64,000 nucleotides of DNA. Source: a virus (taxonomy: Duplodnaviria > Heunggongvirae > Uroviricota > Caudoviricetes). Numbering within the stretch: position 1 is the stretch's first letter; the number at the start of each line of letters is the position of its first letter. The position numbers and the translations under genes are program-made. Under the pieces are notes generated by a model. It was not told the DNA's origin and made no database searches. It saw nothing but the letters and a program-made list of their open reading frames with translations. Below are positions 55,585-63,631 of this stretch, piece after piece. The DNA is taken from IMG/VR virus record IMGVR_UViG_3300042887_002597, positions 46,234-110,233 of that record; one strand, 5' to 3'.

Positions 55585-55730
55585 GGATCGAATAGTTCAG
55601 CTACTCCCATTCCTATTAGAATTACTTGTAAGGCCATCAAAACCTTGATAGTTGTCGATGCTCCGGCAACTCTTTTTAAAATCTCTTTCATTTGTTTAGT
55701 GTTTAAATTATAACTCTTTTGCTTCCTCAA
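55497..55730 (-). CDS. small membrane protein
   Basis: 77 aa with two hydrophobic helices. Confidence 0.45.
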   Translation of the reverse strand: MRKQKSYNLNTKQMKEILKRVAGASTTIKVLMALQVILIGMGVAELFDPCMWKHGLFMIVVNAAFLYVNYEWNTRTY

Positions 55731-56016
55731 TATGTCTGCACTTTGCTCTGTACAAGTAACCTTGACAGTCGCAGCTATAGTGAGTCTTAGTCTGTGTCAC
55801 CGTATAGAACTTACCAGGCTTGCTGGAAGGAATCTTGTGATACTTTGTACTCACCGGAATCACTGACTGTGTAACTATAATAGGCTCTGGATAGTCTGAT
55901 AATTGGCTACCTTTCGGTATCTCTATCCACTTACCATTGCGAATTAAGTAGGATTTGTCTTGTAAATCGATAATGCACTGCATATGTTTAATTTTGGAAT
56001 GTAAAGATACGTCCAC
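55708..56016 (-). CDS. SWIM-type zinc-finger protein
   Basis: 102 aa. C-terminal CDCQGYLYRAKCRHIEE matches the CxC...CxH SWIM pattern. Confidence 0.5.
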   Translation of the reverse strand: MDVSLHSKIKHMQCIIDLQDKSYLIRNGKWIEIPKGSQLSDYPEPIIVTQSVIPVSTKYHKIPSSKPGKFYTVTQTKTHYSCDCQGYLYRAKCRHIEEAKEL

Positions 56017-56072
56017 TTTCTCGATTCAGCAACAGTTGTTCATAACTTTCTAATTCGCTGAGCCTCATTGTG

Positions 56073-56474
56073 TTAGAAATCACCCTCCGTATCTTGCGGC
56101 TCTTGGAAGTCATTTCGCATAAACTGCAGGAACTTCAATAGAGCTGGTTCTAACTTTTCCTCCATAGCAGCAAAGAACTCTGTAATCTTCGCATCTACCG
56201 GGTATCCTAACTCATATAAGTCTTGGATCATGTCATTAAACGTGCTGTCTCGGTGCTTCTGTATAATGTAGTCCGTTAACTTTGCGTCTTGCATCATTAT
56301 CCATGTCAGATAATTCTGGAAGTTTAGCGACAATGGACTATTGTCATCTTTAAAATAGACAGTGAATGCCTTGTGTTTGTAGTCCGGTACTACTGTTGAA
56401 ACTTCCGGAAGATAGCGTGTTTCCATTGGTGTGTGTGTTTTGGAATAGGCTGGAATAAATAATATATCTATCAT
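56073..56474 (-). CDS. hypothetical protein
   Basis: 133-aa ORF with the promoter box TTGTAAATATACGACC at 56500. Confidence 0.6.
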   Translation of the reverse strand: MIDILFIPAYSKTHTPMETRYLPEVSTVVPDYKHKAFTVYFKDDNSPLSLNFQNYLTWIMMQDAKLTDYIIQKHRDSTFNDMIQDLYELGYPVDAKITEFFAAMEEKLEPALLKFLQFMRNDFQEPQDTEGDF

Positions 56475-56499
56475 CCAATCCCATAGTAATTTTTTATCA

Positions 56500-56536
56500 T
56501 TGTAAATATACGACCAATTTCTTCTCTTTGCAACAG
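56500..56536 (-). promoter_or_regulatory. Bacteroidota-type promoter
   Basis: CTGTTGCAAAG...TGGTCGTATATTTACAA on the minus strand, upstream of the 56474 start. Confidence 0.45.
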
Positions 56537-56610
56537 TAAAAAGTCTAAAAGATCAGGATGCGACATATTGTCTGGGCATAATCCTATAACATGGAGTATT
56601 TCGTGCATAA

Positions 56611-57054
56611 CTAGTATTGTTTTATATCATTATTCTTATCTAACAAGCCTCTACCGTGCTTCTTAACTCTATCCCAGTACCTCTCCTTCACGTGTTCATG
56701 GATAGGTCTTGGCTTACCATCGTCATCAATGCGCACAAACACCATCTTTGTATGGGTAACCGTCTCCTGTTCTCCAGTATACACGTTATGTTTACGTACA
56801 TCAATCATAATAGTCACTGACGTATTGCCAAAAGCAATCACCTTACCATATATCTTCAGGATGCTTCCTACCTTAACTGCTCGTTTGAATATAAGCTCGT
56901 CAATCTTTAAGGTGACTATCTTTTGCGTATCACATATTTGCGATGCATATGAAGCAGCAGCATCGTCAATAAGCGAGAGAATAGTCCCACCAAACATATT
57001 ATCGTGAACTCCAATGTCTCCCTTTTTGCATATATAGGTCGTTATCAACTCCAT
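56611..57054 (-). CDS. hotdog-fold acyl-CoA thioesterase
   Basis: 147 aa. VHDNMFGGTILSLIDDAAASYA matches the 4HBT/YbgC thioesterase core. Confidence 0.6.
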   Translation of the reverse strand: MELITTYICKKGDIGVHDNMFGGTILSLIDDAAASYASQICDTQKIVTLKIDELIFKRAVKVGSILKIYGKVIAFGNTSVTIMIDVRKHNVYTGEQETVTHTKMVFVRIDDDGKPRPIHEHVKERYWDRVKKHGRGLLDKNNDIKQY

Positions 57055-57236
57055 TACCTATGCTTCTTTGGAGAGCATTGGTGGTTTAGCTGACTCTTGC
57101 CTTTATTAACTCTCTTAGTCTGCTTGTACATTGTCTGCTGACGTTTAGAGTGGCTCTTGTAGTTGTAGCCGTGTTGTGGTGCTGCGCATGATGTCAATAG
57201 CGCAACTACTGCTAAAAATAATATAATCTTTTTCAT
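57054..57236 (-). CDS. small lipoprotein
   Basis: 60 aa. MKKIILFLAVVALLTSC lipobox signal. Confidence 0.5.
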   Translation of the reverse strand: MKKIILFLAVVALLTSCAAPQHGYNYKSHSKRQQTMYKQTKRVNKGKSQLNHQCSPKKHR

Positions 57237-57247
57237 ATCTATAACTA

Positions 57248-57502
57248 TTATGCGTCTCCGCGTTCACCCATATAAACTCCTGCACCACCATCCTTCACAA
57301 GTAGGTAGTCAGTAACTTCCATATACTTGCCAATAGTGTCGTTGTGACTAAGCACTACATCTCTCACTAATGTGGCTTCTCGCTCAATCTTCTCTAATCT
57401 CCTTAACTCCTGCTCGATTTTAGTAAGCTTCCCGTAAGTTCCAAGAAACATAACGAATAGGAATATGGATACTATGCTGAATGTAACTGTAATTGCTATC
57501 AT
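57248..57502 (-). CDS. small membrane protein
   Basis: 84 aa with an N-terminal TM. Confidence 0.5.
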   Translation of the reverse strand: MIAITVTFSIVSIFLFVMFLGTYGKLTKIEQELRRLEKIEREATLVRDVVLSHNDTIGKYMEVTDYLLVKDGGAGVYMGERGDA

Positions 57503-57729
57503 TTGTAACTCCCCATCTGTTTACGATACGCCTCCAAGTTAGCAACTGCCTTTGGATCGCGGATAATTTCTACTTCTTGATTAAGCTCACCCTTCTCAGG
57601 ATCACCGTAGCTCACAATATTTGCACTATACCTTCCCGTCGTTGAATGCTGTACGCAGGTATTAGTGTGTGGTAATGCTTTTAGTCTTCCTTCTGGAATA
57701 GCTTCGTTACAAATGCAACAATTTTTCAT
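57499..57729 (-). CDS. TraR/DksA-family C4 zinc-finger transcription factor
   Basis: Start re-set to MKNCCICNEAIPEGRLKALPHTNTCVQHS, because the track start lies inside the promoter box. The C-x2-C...IPE.RL.A.P....C..H pattern matches TraR. Confidence 0.6.
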   Translation of the reverse strand: MKNCCICNEAIPEGRLKALPHTNTCVQHSTTGRYSANIVSYGDPEKGELNQEVEIIRDPKAVANLEAYRKQMGSYK

Positions 57730-57753
57730 AAGTGTGTGGTTTTTTATTATTGA

Positions 57754-57790
57754 TTGTAAATATACAACCATTTTTCTAAAAAGACAACAG
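57754..57790 (-). promoter_or_regulatory. Bacteroidota-type promoter
   Basis: CTGTTGTCT...GGTTGTATATTTACAA on the minus strand, about 25 nt upstream of the revised TraR-like start. Confidence 0.45.
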
Positions 57791-57795
57791 GCAGA

Positions 57796-58023
57796 TTAAT
57801 TTTCTGCCTGTTTTTTTCTGATCTCTTGTTCTATGCGAGTTATATACAATAACCCATCCATCATCTCTTCTCTGAAGTGGGTTATCCAGTCAAGTAGGTC
57901 CAGATCCTGGCGATCCAGGTCTGTTCCATACTTAGCCTTCCCAAATTCAGCACGTGTTAGAAATCTATTAACGATCTCTTCCACAACGCTATCTGGTTTG
58001 AAGTCATTACTTTCCATATACAT
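57796..58023 (-). CDS. hypothetical protein
   Basis: 75-aa ORF. Confidence 0.5.
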   Translation of the reverse strand: MYMESNDFKPDSVVEEIVNRFLTRAEFGKAKYGTDLDRQDLDLLDWITHFREEMMDGLLYITRIEQEIRKKQAEN

Positions 58024-58234
58024 CTGGTGTGCAAGATGGACAGATTACGTCAACAATGCGAGATTGGCTTGCTGAGCTAATTTCAAACTCCACTTGAGTG
58101 CCTTTCATGTACGAAGTAACACGAGCTTCTGCTTCTGTTACACTCATAGCGTCTACAAGATACTTTTCGGTCTTTGTCTTTGTCTTTCCTTTGTCGTCTT
58201 CGAAACGAACTTTCACTGAAACTGAATGATACAT
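58007..58234 (-). CDS. hypothetical protein
   Basis: 75-aa ORF. Confidence 0.5.
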   Translation of the reverse strand: MYHSVSVKVRFEDDKGKTKTKTEKYLVDAMSVTEAEARVTSYMKGTQVEFEISSASQSRIVDVICPSCTPDVYGK

Positions 58235-58250
58235 ATTGTTTGGTTTTTAT

Positions 58251-59165
58251 TTATACTAATATACTAAATTTTTCCTTGTAAGACAACACTGCCTTCTCTT
58301 TTGCCTTGGCTTCGAACATTATATCCGCTTTCTCGAGGACTTCTTGTGGGACTTCGTCGTAGATGTAATCTGCGTGGGCTTGTATTTTTGCTGTTGAATC
58401 CTCAAATAGTCGTTTGGCGGAACTGTAATGGACGATTGGTCTTGCAGTAGTCCAAGTACTTGCAGCAAGGTGAAAACTATCCATAGCGGTGAGATCACCA
58501 GGATGGCAATTATGGTGATGGAAGTCCATAACAATAGGAATACCAACCTTACTATGTACTCGAGTATAGAGGTCATAAACCGTGTAAAGGGATGCTTTGT
58601 CGTCATTTTCAATAGTTAATCGTTTTCTAGTATGCTCATCTAATAGGTTATAATTCTCACACCACTTATCGCATACAGCCCACTTATCCTTGTAAGCTGC
58701 ACCAATGTGAATGTTAATCTTGTTGTAATGCGATGGAGCTAATTCCATCATATCAAACAACTGCGAATGTTGCCTAAGCTCTTTTATAGTTCGACGAACT
58801 ACCTCAGGCTTGCTACTAGCAAGGATATTGAAAGGTCCTGGATGAAAGGTCAGACGTAAGTTATTCTCAGTAGCAAACTTACCGATCTCTTCGCAAACAG
58901 CTTTAATCTCCTTATACTGAGGCAGTTGTTCGAGCTCATACTCGCTTTGCCAAGGAAAGATATCGCTTGGCATGCGGTAAAGTAGTATACCATTGGATAC
59001 ATTCCATTGGCAAATAGTGTAAATGTCTTTAAGATTTTGTAATGCTAACTCACCTACATAGGGTAAACCATTCTGTTGGAAGGTAGCTTTACGGCAAGTA
59101 CGACCTCCAAGGATCTTTTTCTTACCAAGTTGTGTGTTGATACAGGCATAGCCAATAGTAATCAT
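58251..59165 (-). CDS. uvsE: UV-damage endonuclease (UvdE/UvsE family)
   Basis: 304 aa. Blocks GYACIN, LRLTFHPGPFN, TIENDDK and VMDFHHHN resemble UVDE TIM-barrel endonucleases. Assignment from memory of the family motifs. Confidence 0.55.
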   Translation of the reverse strand: MITIGYACINTQLGKKKILGGRTCRKATFQQNGLPYVGELALQNLKDIYTICQWNVSNGILLYRMPSDIFPWQSEYELEQLPQYKEIKAVCEEIGKFATENNLRLTFHPGPFNILASSKPEVVRRTIKELRQHSQLFDMMELAPSHYNKINIHIGAAYKDKWAVCDKWCENYNLLDEHTRKRLTIENDDKASLYTVYDLYTRVHSKVGIPIVMDFHHHNCHPGDLTAMDSFHLAASTWTTARPIVHYSSAKRLFEDSTAKIQAHADYIYDEVPQEVLEKADIMFEAKAKEKAVLSYKEKFSILV

Positions 59166-59181
59166 AAGGTGTGTGTTATTT

Positions 59182-59220
59182 TATATAAACATACAACCAA
59201 AATATCGTTTAGGCAACAGC
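59182..59220 (-). promoter_or_regulatory. Bacteroidota-type promoter
   Basis: GCTGTTGCC...GGTTGTATGTTTATATAA on the minus strand, upstream of the uvsE-like start at 59165. Confidence 0.4.
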
Positions 59221-59498
59221 TAACTAAAAGTATCTATCATCTCCGCATCAAACTCGTATTCTAGAAGCGTATCTACTGTTGCAACCGCATGTTCCTTCTC
59301 CGCAAAAGCTTTTACTACATACTTTCCTTTACTATCGATAAGGTAAGCGCAAGTTGTCGCTTGAGTCTGTTCGTATCCCAGTATCGTTTGCAGAGACTCT
59401 ATGACGTATTGGAACTCCAAGTCGTCGCTATTGTGGACTACGACTTGGTATCTACGACTCTTCTTACCATTTTTTGAGCGGGCAGCTGTCATTCTCAC
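59220..59498 (-). CDS. clpS: ClpS-like Clp protease adaptor
   Basis: 92 aa. YQVVVHNSDDLEFQYVIESLQTIL ... AFAEKEHAV follows the ClpS pattern Y.V.L.NDD.T...FV..L ... E.AE.K. Confidence 0.6.
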   Translation of the reverse strand: MRMTAARSKNGKKSRRYQVVVHNSDDLEFQYVIESLQTILGYEQTQATTCAYLIDSKGKYVVKAFAEKEHAVATVDTLLEYEFDAEMIDTFS

Positions 59499-59850
59499 TT
59501 CTTACTTTAGCAGCTAATGCACAGCCACATTGATCACAATACATTCCTTTTATCTGATGAACGTCGTTTCCAACCATTATGGTATTCAACTTTCCGTTAT
59601 ACTTTGCCAATGGACAAGTACTACATACAGCAGCTCTTGCTTTAGCCATCTTTTCTATTGCTGTATCCTTCACAACCATGTGAGAGAATCCACTAACAAT
59701 GTCCTGAAACTTAGCTTGTGAGGATGGCTTACGTTTTAGCTTACGCGCTATCCAATAGAAAGGCATAGCTAATAACACAAAAGGATATAGCAATCCTGCT
59801 ACAAACGCTCGTATGATTCGTTTTATTTTTTTCTTGGTTCTTCGCTTCAT
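59464..59850 (-). CDS. membrane protein with C-terminal Cys-rich zinc ribbon
   Basis: 128 aa. TM LLYPFVLLAMPFYWIA; cluster CSTCPLAKY...CDQCGCALAAK...CPL. Confidence 0.55.
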   Translation of the reverse strand: MKRRTKKKIKRIIRAFVAGLLYPFVLLAMPFYWIARKLKRKPSSQAKFQDIVSGFSHMVVKDTAIEKMAKARAAVCSTCPLAKYNGKLNTIMVGNDVHQIKGMYCDQCGCALAAKVRSENDSCPLKKW

Positions 59851-60509
59851 AGGTTTTCTAATGATCTTAGTAGTTCGTGTTTCTCTTCATCCGTCAATAC
59901 ATCCAATGTGTTTGGATCAACTCCCTGGTCTAACATCTCTTGTGATGATGGTAGTGCTACTGGTACTTCTGCTCTTTGTGATATATGAGACATCTTCATC
60001 TCTTTCTTTCTCAACTCTCCTACTTGTAAGAAGTAGCAATTGTAGCACAATATCTCAAGGTTATCGAGTTTGTGGTCTGTTATGTCTGAGTTGATATGAT
60101 GTAATACAAGGGGAGATTTGAAGTCATTTGGTCTCTTTGAGCAGAAACCACATGAGTTGCATTTCTCTTCCTTATACCCGTTCATAATAAGTCTAGCGAG
60201 TAGCTTCTCTCTTGGATATTGAGGATGCTTTCCTGTAAGGATGTCATCTAATCTAAACTTAGTATTATCCTTCTTAACAGCATTTGGATTAGGTTCCTTA
60301 GTTGCTTTTGATATGCCCTTACCTGATCTATTGAGATGTATGTCAAATAGACTACGACCAGTTACCGGATCCTTATATGCTTTAGCAAATCGTTTGTAAA
60401 GATTGTAACCGACACGTAGATACTCAGCAGCAGCTCTATTACTGCGCGTAACTTTCATTGCTTGCTCTATCTGAGCTTGCATCAATGCTTTCGTCCTGGC
60501 TTTCCTCAT
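59847..60509 (-). CDS. HNH endonuclease
   Basis: 220 aa. CNSCGFC ... LVLHHINSDITDHKLDNLEILCYNCY is a canonical HNH motif with flanking zinc-binding Cys pairs. Confidence 0.7.
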   Translation of the reverse strand: MRKARTKALMQAQIEQAMKVTRSNRAAAEYLRVGYNLYKRFAKAYKDPVTGRSLFDIHLNRSGKGISKATKEPNPNAVKKDNTKFRLDDILTGKHPQYPREKLLARLIMNGYKEEKCNSCGFCSKRPNDFKSPLVLHHINSDITDHKLDNLEILCYNCYFLQVGELRKKEMKMSHISQRAEVPVALPSSQEMLDQGVDPNTLDVLTDEEKHELLRSLENL

Positions 60510-60690
60510 AACTTACACTTGGTATATGGTTGCAGAATAAATAGTATCCTGATGGTTGGTGTTTGAATACTGTATCGCAATTGAGATACTCTTTCCACTC
60601 ATCTACTATAGGATCGTTTTCTATCTTTACCCTTCTCTTTATTATATATAACTCTTCTCTAACTTCTATAACTTCACTCTGTATTATCAT
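60439..60690 (-). CDS. hypothetical protein
   Basis: 83-aa ORF. Confidence 0.5.
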   Translation of the reverse strand: MIIQSEVIEVREELYIIKRRVKIENDPIVDEWKEYLNCDTVFKHQPSGYYLFCNHIPSVSYEESQDESIDASSDRASNESYAQ

Positions 60691-61178
60691 AACTGTTGTA
60701 TTAGCTTTGCTACAATGTCACAAGCTTCATATTTCTCCACACTCTCATAGTACGCTAAAGCACTTCTTAAACCAGCTTCCCAGTTTTCTCTCTTTGAAGT
60801 GATATACTCACCAGTACCATTAAGTTCAAATAGTCTTATATCTGTTACACTTGCTTGTATGCCTTCTGCTACTGCTTGCATTACTCTATTGTAAACGAAC
60901 TCTTCATTGTCCTCAAAGAACTCTTCTGCATCTGCTTCTTCTAAGACTGGTATGCTTGGTATCTCGGAGTACTTGAATTCAGTCTTCTTGCTATCGTGTA
61001 TAATGATATCAATGGTATTGTATAAGTCACACCAGTGCCATACCAAATCGTCCCTTGACTTAGTACCAGAGACAACAACATCCTCTATTGTAGAGTTGTC
61101 GTTTATCAACATCACTCTATACTTCTTCCCAGCATTGAGCTTGTGAACGTGTATTTCCATGTGTAGCTCGTTTCCCAT
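60687..61178 (-). CDS. hypothetical protein
   Basis: 163-aa ORF. Confidence 0.6.
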   Translation of the reverse strand: MGNELHMEIHVHKLNAGKKYRVMLINDNSTIEDVVVSGTKSRDDLVWHWCDLYNTIDIIIHDSKKTEFKYSEIPSIPVLEEADAEEFFEDNEEFVYNRVMQAVAEGIQASVTDIRLFELNGTGEYITSKRENWEAGLRSALAYYESVEKYEACDIVAKLIQQL

Positions 61179-61341
61179 AAATAGTCTTATTGGATCTGTA
61201 CTACTTCATATAGCTTAAGAAATGTATCTACATCCATATCTTTCTTGAAAGCAAAATCTCTCTCAGCTTGTCGCTTTGATGTGTAAGATGCTTTTGTGAT
61301 GAATTCCTTTGTCTCATCTTCTTTGCTGTAAAATCCGTACT

Positions 61342-61584
61342 TCATTTTATTCTTACTTTAAGTGGTTGTATTTCTTCAAGGAACTCTGACACTGCTAGCA
61401 CCTTTCCTTTCTCATTAACTATCTTTAATATCTCAAGTATTTCTGGTTCTGCTTCTACAATTCCCATTAAGACTCGTAGTGCTGATCCACCCCAAAAATT
61501 ACCAAAGCTAGCTTCTCCTAATAGATTAGCTTCGTTCATCGCATCTTGCTCCGTATCACCTGGAGCCATTAGGTAGTATTGCAT
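61342..61584 (-). CDS. hypothetical protein
   Basis: 80-aa ORF, stop/start coupled to the glycosyltransferase-like gene. Confidence 0.5.
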   Translation of the reverse strand: MQYYLMAPGDTEQDAMNEANLLGEASFGNFWGGSALRVLMGIVEAEPEILEILKIVNEKGKVLAVSEFLEEIQPLKVRIK

Positions 61585-62864
61585 TAGTGTATTGTATAAA
61601 GGTGTTGTTGTTTAACTTCAGGGTTTGTTACTTTGATTAACTCTGTTGCTCGATCTTGTATCTTGTTAATGGTTACGGTAAATGGTCCATACTCAAAAGT
61701 ACCTACATCGTCCATCTCTCCAATTATATCCTGCAACTTAATTATAAACGTAGGTACGTAGGTGTAATCTACTTGGTTTAGATTGAACTCCACTATCACA
61801 TCCCCAGCACTTTCTGATAATGGCTTTATCCTATCAGAGGCTTTTTGCGTATTGTACAGATAACCATACTCTTTCCAAGTCTCATCAGAGATACCAAGAA
61901 GCTTGTTAGCAACAATATGCAATCGATCGTAGTAATCTTGCACTACCTTCACTATAGCAGTATCCTCTACATATACAGAGTCGAAGAAGGTTTCGAAGTT
62001 AACAAACTTCTGCAACTCCAATGTTCCTCCCAATACGTTTGCTACGATGTTGTAGTGCTTCACCTTTTGTGTATCGTGAGAGAATTTTCCCCATTTTTTG
62101 AAGAATCTACCCATCTCAACATTGTCTGCTGTTTGTTGTAGTTGTGCTCTCTCTTGAGCTTGTTGGTTATTCTTATCAAACCAATTCGATCCTCTACTGG
62201 AGGTACAAGTAAAGTGATACACTAAAGCTGACCAGGTTTGTGTAATGGTTGCACCACTCAACACCAGTCTTGTGAGCACATCACTATCCTCTCTCGATCT
62301 TCTAAATTGAGTATCATGTCCTCCTATAGAATTCCAAACCTCTTTGTACAAGGTAAAAGGTGCAAAGAAGTATTCGGTATAATCATCCTTCTTCTGGGAC
62401 TCAGCAAAGTCAGTAAAAGCTTTTAGGTTAAACTGCTTTGGGTCTAATCCAAAGTCGTGAGTAATTTTCTCACCAGAGTTACCATGCAATGGTGGTTCTA
62501 CTCTTGTGGAGCAGAGTATCATTCCTGGTTGTATTCTCTTGAGTAGTTCTAGGTCATAGTTTTTACAAACAACCATATCCGATTGTAAGTAAGACACTAT
62601 TGAGTTGCTGGCTTGCTTAAACAACTCGTTTATGTTCCTTTGGTAGCCATAAGGAATTGGTAAGTTGTTTCTTAGAATCTTGAGGTTAGGAAATGTTTGC
62701 TTTTGGGATAGCAACCACTCAAAGGTTCCTTGATTATCGCTATCAATAAACACAACAATCTCGTGATCGGTATGAGACAAGTTTTGCTCCAGAGAGTGAA
62801 ACAATAGCTTAATGTGATCGATTTCATTCCTAGCAGTGTTAATGCAAAAGCTTATCTGACTCAT
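61584..62864 (-). CDS. putative glycosyltransferase (GT-A fold, DxD)
   Basis: 426 aa. N-terminal ISFCINTARNE ... EIVVFIDSDNQGT resembles GT2-like nucleotide-sugar transferases. Inference. Confidence 0.45.
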   Translation of the reverse strand: MSQISFCINTARNEIDHIKLLFHSLEQNLSHTDHEIVVFIDSDNQGTFEWLLSQKQTFPNLKILRNNLPIPYGYQRNINELFKQASNSIVSYLQSDMVVCKNYDLELLKRIQPGMILCSTRVEPPLHGNSGEKITHDFGLDPKQFNLKAFTDFAESQKKDDYTEYFFAPFTLYKEVWNSIGGHDTQFRRSREDSDVLTRLVLSGATITQTWSALVYHFTCTSSRGSNWFDKNNQQAQERAQLQQTADNVEMGRFFKKWGKFSHDTQKVKHYNIVANVLGGTLELQKFVNFETFFDSVYVEDTAIVKVVQDYYDRLHIVANKLLGISDETWKEYGYLYNTQKASDRIKPLSESAGDVIVEFNLNQVDYTYVPTFIIKLQDIIGEMDDVGTFEYGPFTVTINKIQDRATELIKVTNPEVKQQHLYTIH

Positions 62865-63631
62865 ACCTTTAGCTTTTTATAGACTCTACTTATTCCTTTT
62901 GCTAAACCTACCAATGGAGTTAAGATAGGAAAGTATTGACCAACATAGGCATCCGCCATTCCTTCGTTCTGTATCTTGATATCCACTTGGTGCATATCTA
63001 AGGTGTTTATGTAGCCTGCTATCTCAGATAATGTGAGATTGTAATTATAACAACAATCAACTTCTTTGATTGGATTCTCTGCGCTAATGTAGTAGTCTAC
63101 TAAAGATACCAAATCCTCCATGTAAAAGAAATCCATATACTTGTTTTGGTGGATTACCATTGGTTCGTGGTTTATGTATCTGAGTAGATTTCCTTTTATG
63201 AAACGAGTGTCTAACTCATTCTCATCAAACACAGCACGAATCCTTAGATTATAGTAGTCATGCTTACTTTCCATGGAATCAGCTATTACTCGCTTACTAA
63301 ATCCATAAGGTTCCCACGCCATAGTCAACTCAGCTCCAGATCCAAAGGTTATAAACCGATCAAAATGATCATCTAATGACACAAGATTGAAATACATTTG
63401 TAGGTTTCGATATACCACACTCTCATCATCTGCTATCAATCTCATTCCACCAACAACTGCTGTATGTATCACTACATCAAAATGCTTATCTGCAAACCAT
63501 CTAGCTGTTTGTGCATAGTTTGTTAAATCAAAGTCTTGTCTGGTAATGCAGGTTATATCATATTTGTCCTTTAACTTGCTGAAAAGACTCTTAGCAATAT
63601 AACCGTTACCTCCTGTAATCAGTATCTTCAT
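62861..63631 (-). CDS. NAD(P)-dependent epimerase/dehydratase (SDR Rossmann fold)
   Basis: 256 aa. N-terminal MKILITGGNGYIAKSL is the GxxGxxG dinucleotide-binding motif. Confidence 0.65.
   Translation of the reverse strand: MKILITGGNGYIAKSLFSKLKDKYDITCITRQDFDLTNYAQTARWFADKHFDVVIHTAVVGGMRLIADDESVVYRNLQMYFNLVSLDDHFDRFITFGSGAELTMAWEPYGFSKRVIADSMESKHDYYNLRIRAVFDENELDTRFIKGNLLRYINHEPMVIHQNKYMDFFYMEDLVSLVDYYISAENPIKEVDCCYNYNLTLSEIAGYINTLDMHQVDIKIQNEGMADAYVGQYFPILTPLVGLAKGISRVYKKLKV

Noticed and set aside
58319-58612. 97-aa nested ORF inside the UvdE-like gene
   Set aside because: It is nested out of frame within a 304-aa ORF that has recognisable enzyme motifs, and it has a hydrophobic low-complexity composition.
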